A stretch of DNA of 62,591 bases, counting the filler, from Nitrospinae bacterium RIFCSPLOWO2_12_FULL_45_22 (GTDB lineage Bacteria; 2-12-FULL-45-22): the NCBI GenBank assembly GCA_001803565.1. It is 5 parts of 5 records of this genome, joined end to end, with 100 filler letters (N's around TTAATTAATTAA, not from the genome) between each part and the next. Parts side by side here need not be neighbours in the genome. Positions count along the whole stretch, not along the records: positions 53,486 to 62,591 come from MHDQ01000030.1; 4 more parts are not named here. One strand, written 5' to 3'. How positions within the stretch are numbered: the stretch's first letter is position 1; each line of letters opens with the position of its first letter. A program made the translations under genes and the position numbers. Below are positions 62,014 to 62,591 of this stretch, piece by piece. The notes below the pieces were generated by a model that was given only the letters and a program-made list of their open reading frames with translations, had not been told where the DNA came from and searched no databases.

Positions 62014-62591
62014 TTTTCATTGTCCTTTGTGCCTTGTAGAGGCATGAATGCTTCTCCAAAATTTTCTATGGATAAAGGCAATCTTATAATAAAGGTAGAC
62101 CCAGCTCCAGGTTGGCTTTCTACTTCAATACTCCCTTTTAATTCATTGACAATCTCTTTGGAGATGACCAGACCTAAGCCCGTACCCTTCTCTTTGGTGG
62201 TAAAAAAGGGCTCAAAGATATCAGACAGGTATTCTTCTGGTATCCCTCTACCAGTATCAGAGATCCTGATGAAAACTATCTGGGAATTAGCCTGATGAGA
62301 AGGGAATTCTAGTTTCTGACCGTTGTTTTCTAGTTCTGTGCTAATAGTGAGAGTCCCTCCTTTATCCATGGCTTGTATGCTATTATTAAAAAGGTTTAAA
62401 AAGACTTGTTTGAGTTTATCAGGATCGGTCAATAAAATTATATTTTCTTGTGTATAATTCTTATTAACCAATATTTCCTTATCCCTTAATTCTTTTTTTA
62501 CTAAGGCCAGGGATTCTTCTAATACTGCCCCAATAGCTACTGATTTCAAGACCTTTGGGGAAACCCGCGAGAGACTTAAGAGGTCTTCGGT
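61944..62591 (-). CDS. Histidine kinase C-terminal HATPase part (runs off window)
   Basis: QVFLNLFNNS, DTGRGI and FEPFFTTKEKGTGLGL motifs. Confidence 0.9.
   Translation of the reverse strand, partial: TEDLLSLSRVSPKVLKSVAIGAVLEESLALVKKELRDKEILVNKNYTQENIILLTDPDKLKQVFLNLFNNSIQAMDKGGTLTISTELENNGQKLEFPSHQANSQIVFIRISDTGRGIPEEYLSDIFEPFFTTKEKGTGLGLVISKEIVNELKGSIEVESQPGAGSTFIIRLPLSIENFGEAFMPLQGTKDNENVIAGSETPHLSLRGAQPRSNLK

Overview
Draft bacterial (probably MAG) sequence made of five contigs joined by artificial 100-nt N-linkers that contain TTAATTAATTAA, so adjacency across the linkers is not evidence. The gene content suggests a diderm, probably anaerobic organism. Contig 1 holds a 2-oxoacid oxidoreductase fragment, a TPR gene pair and a phosphate (pho/pst) cluster with 11-bp-periodic Pho-box-like sites. 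Contig 2 holds an AT-rich three-gene island (divergent RelA/SpoT small synthetase plus two P-loop NTPases, one with wHTH and 41-aa TPR repeats), a DsbA/FrnE selenoprotein, acyl-CoA genes and hutUIG. Contig 3 holds a decayed integron (attC, cassette, attI, IS4, broken intI), a collapsed type I RM operon, dprA-topA and a multiheme cytochrome. Contig 4 holds a collapsed RND efflux remnant, merT/merP-like genes, plsY and trpS. Contig 5 holds a group II intron 3' remnant, a UXX-star glutaredoxin selenoprotein with a SECIS-like hairpin, and two-component genes. Intergenic DNA is full of MITEs and nested periodic hairpins. The best candidate for an undescribed system is the RelA/SpoT plus paired-NTPase island at 17479-22328.
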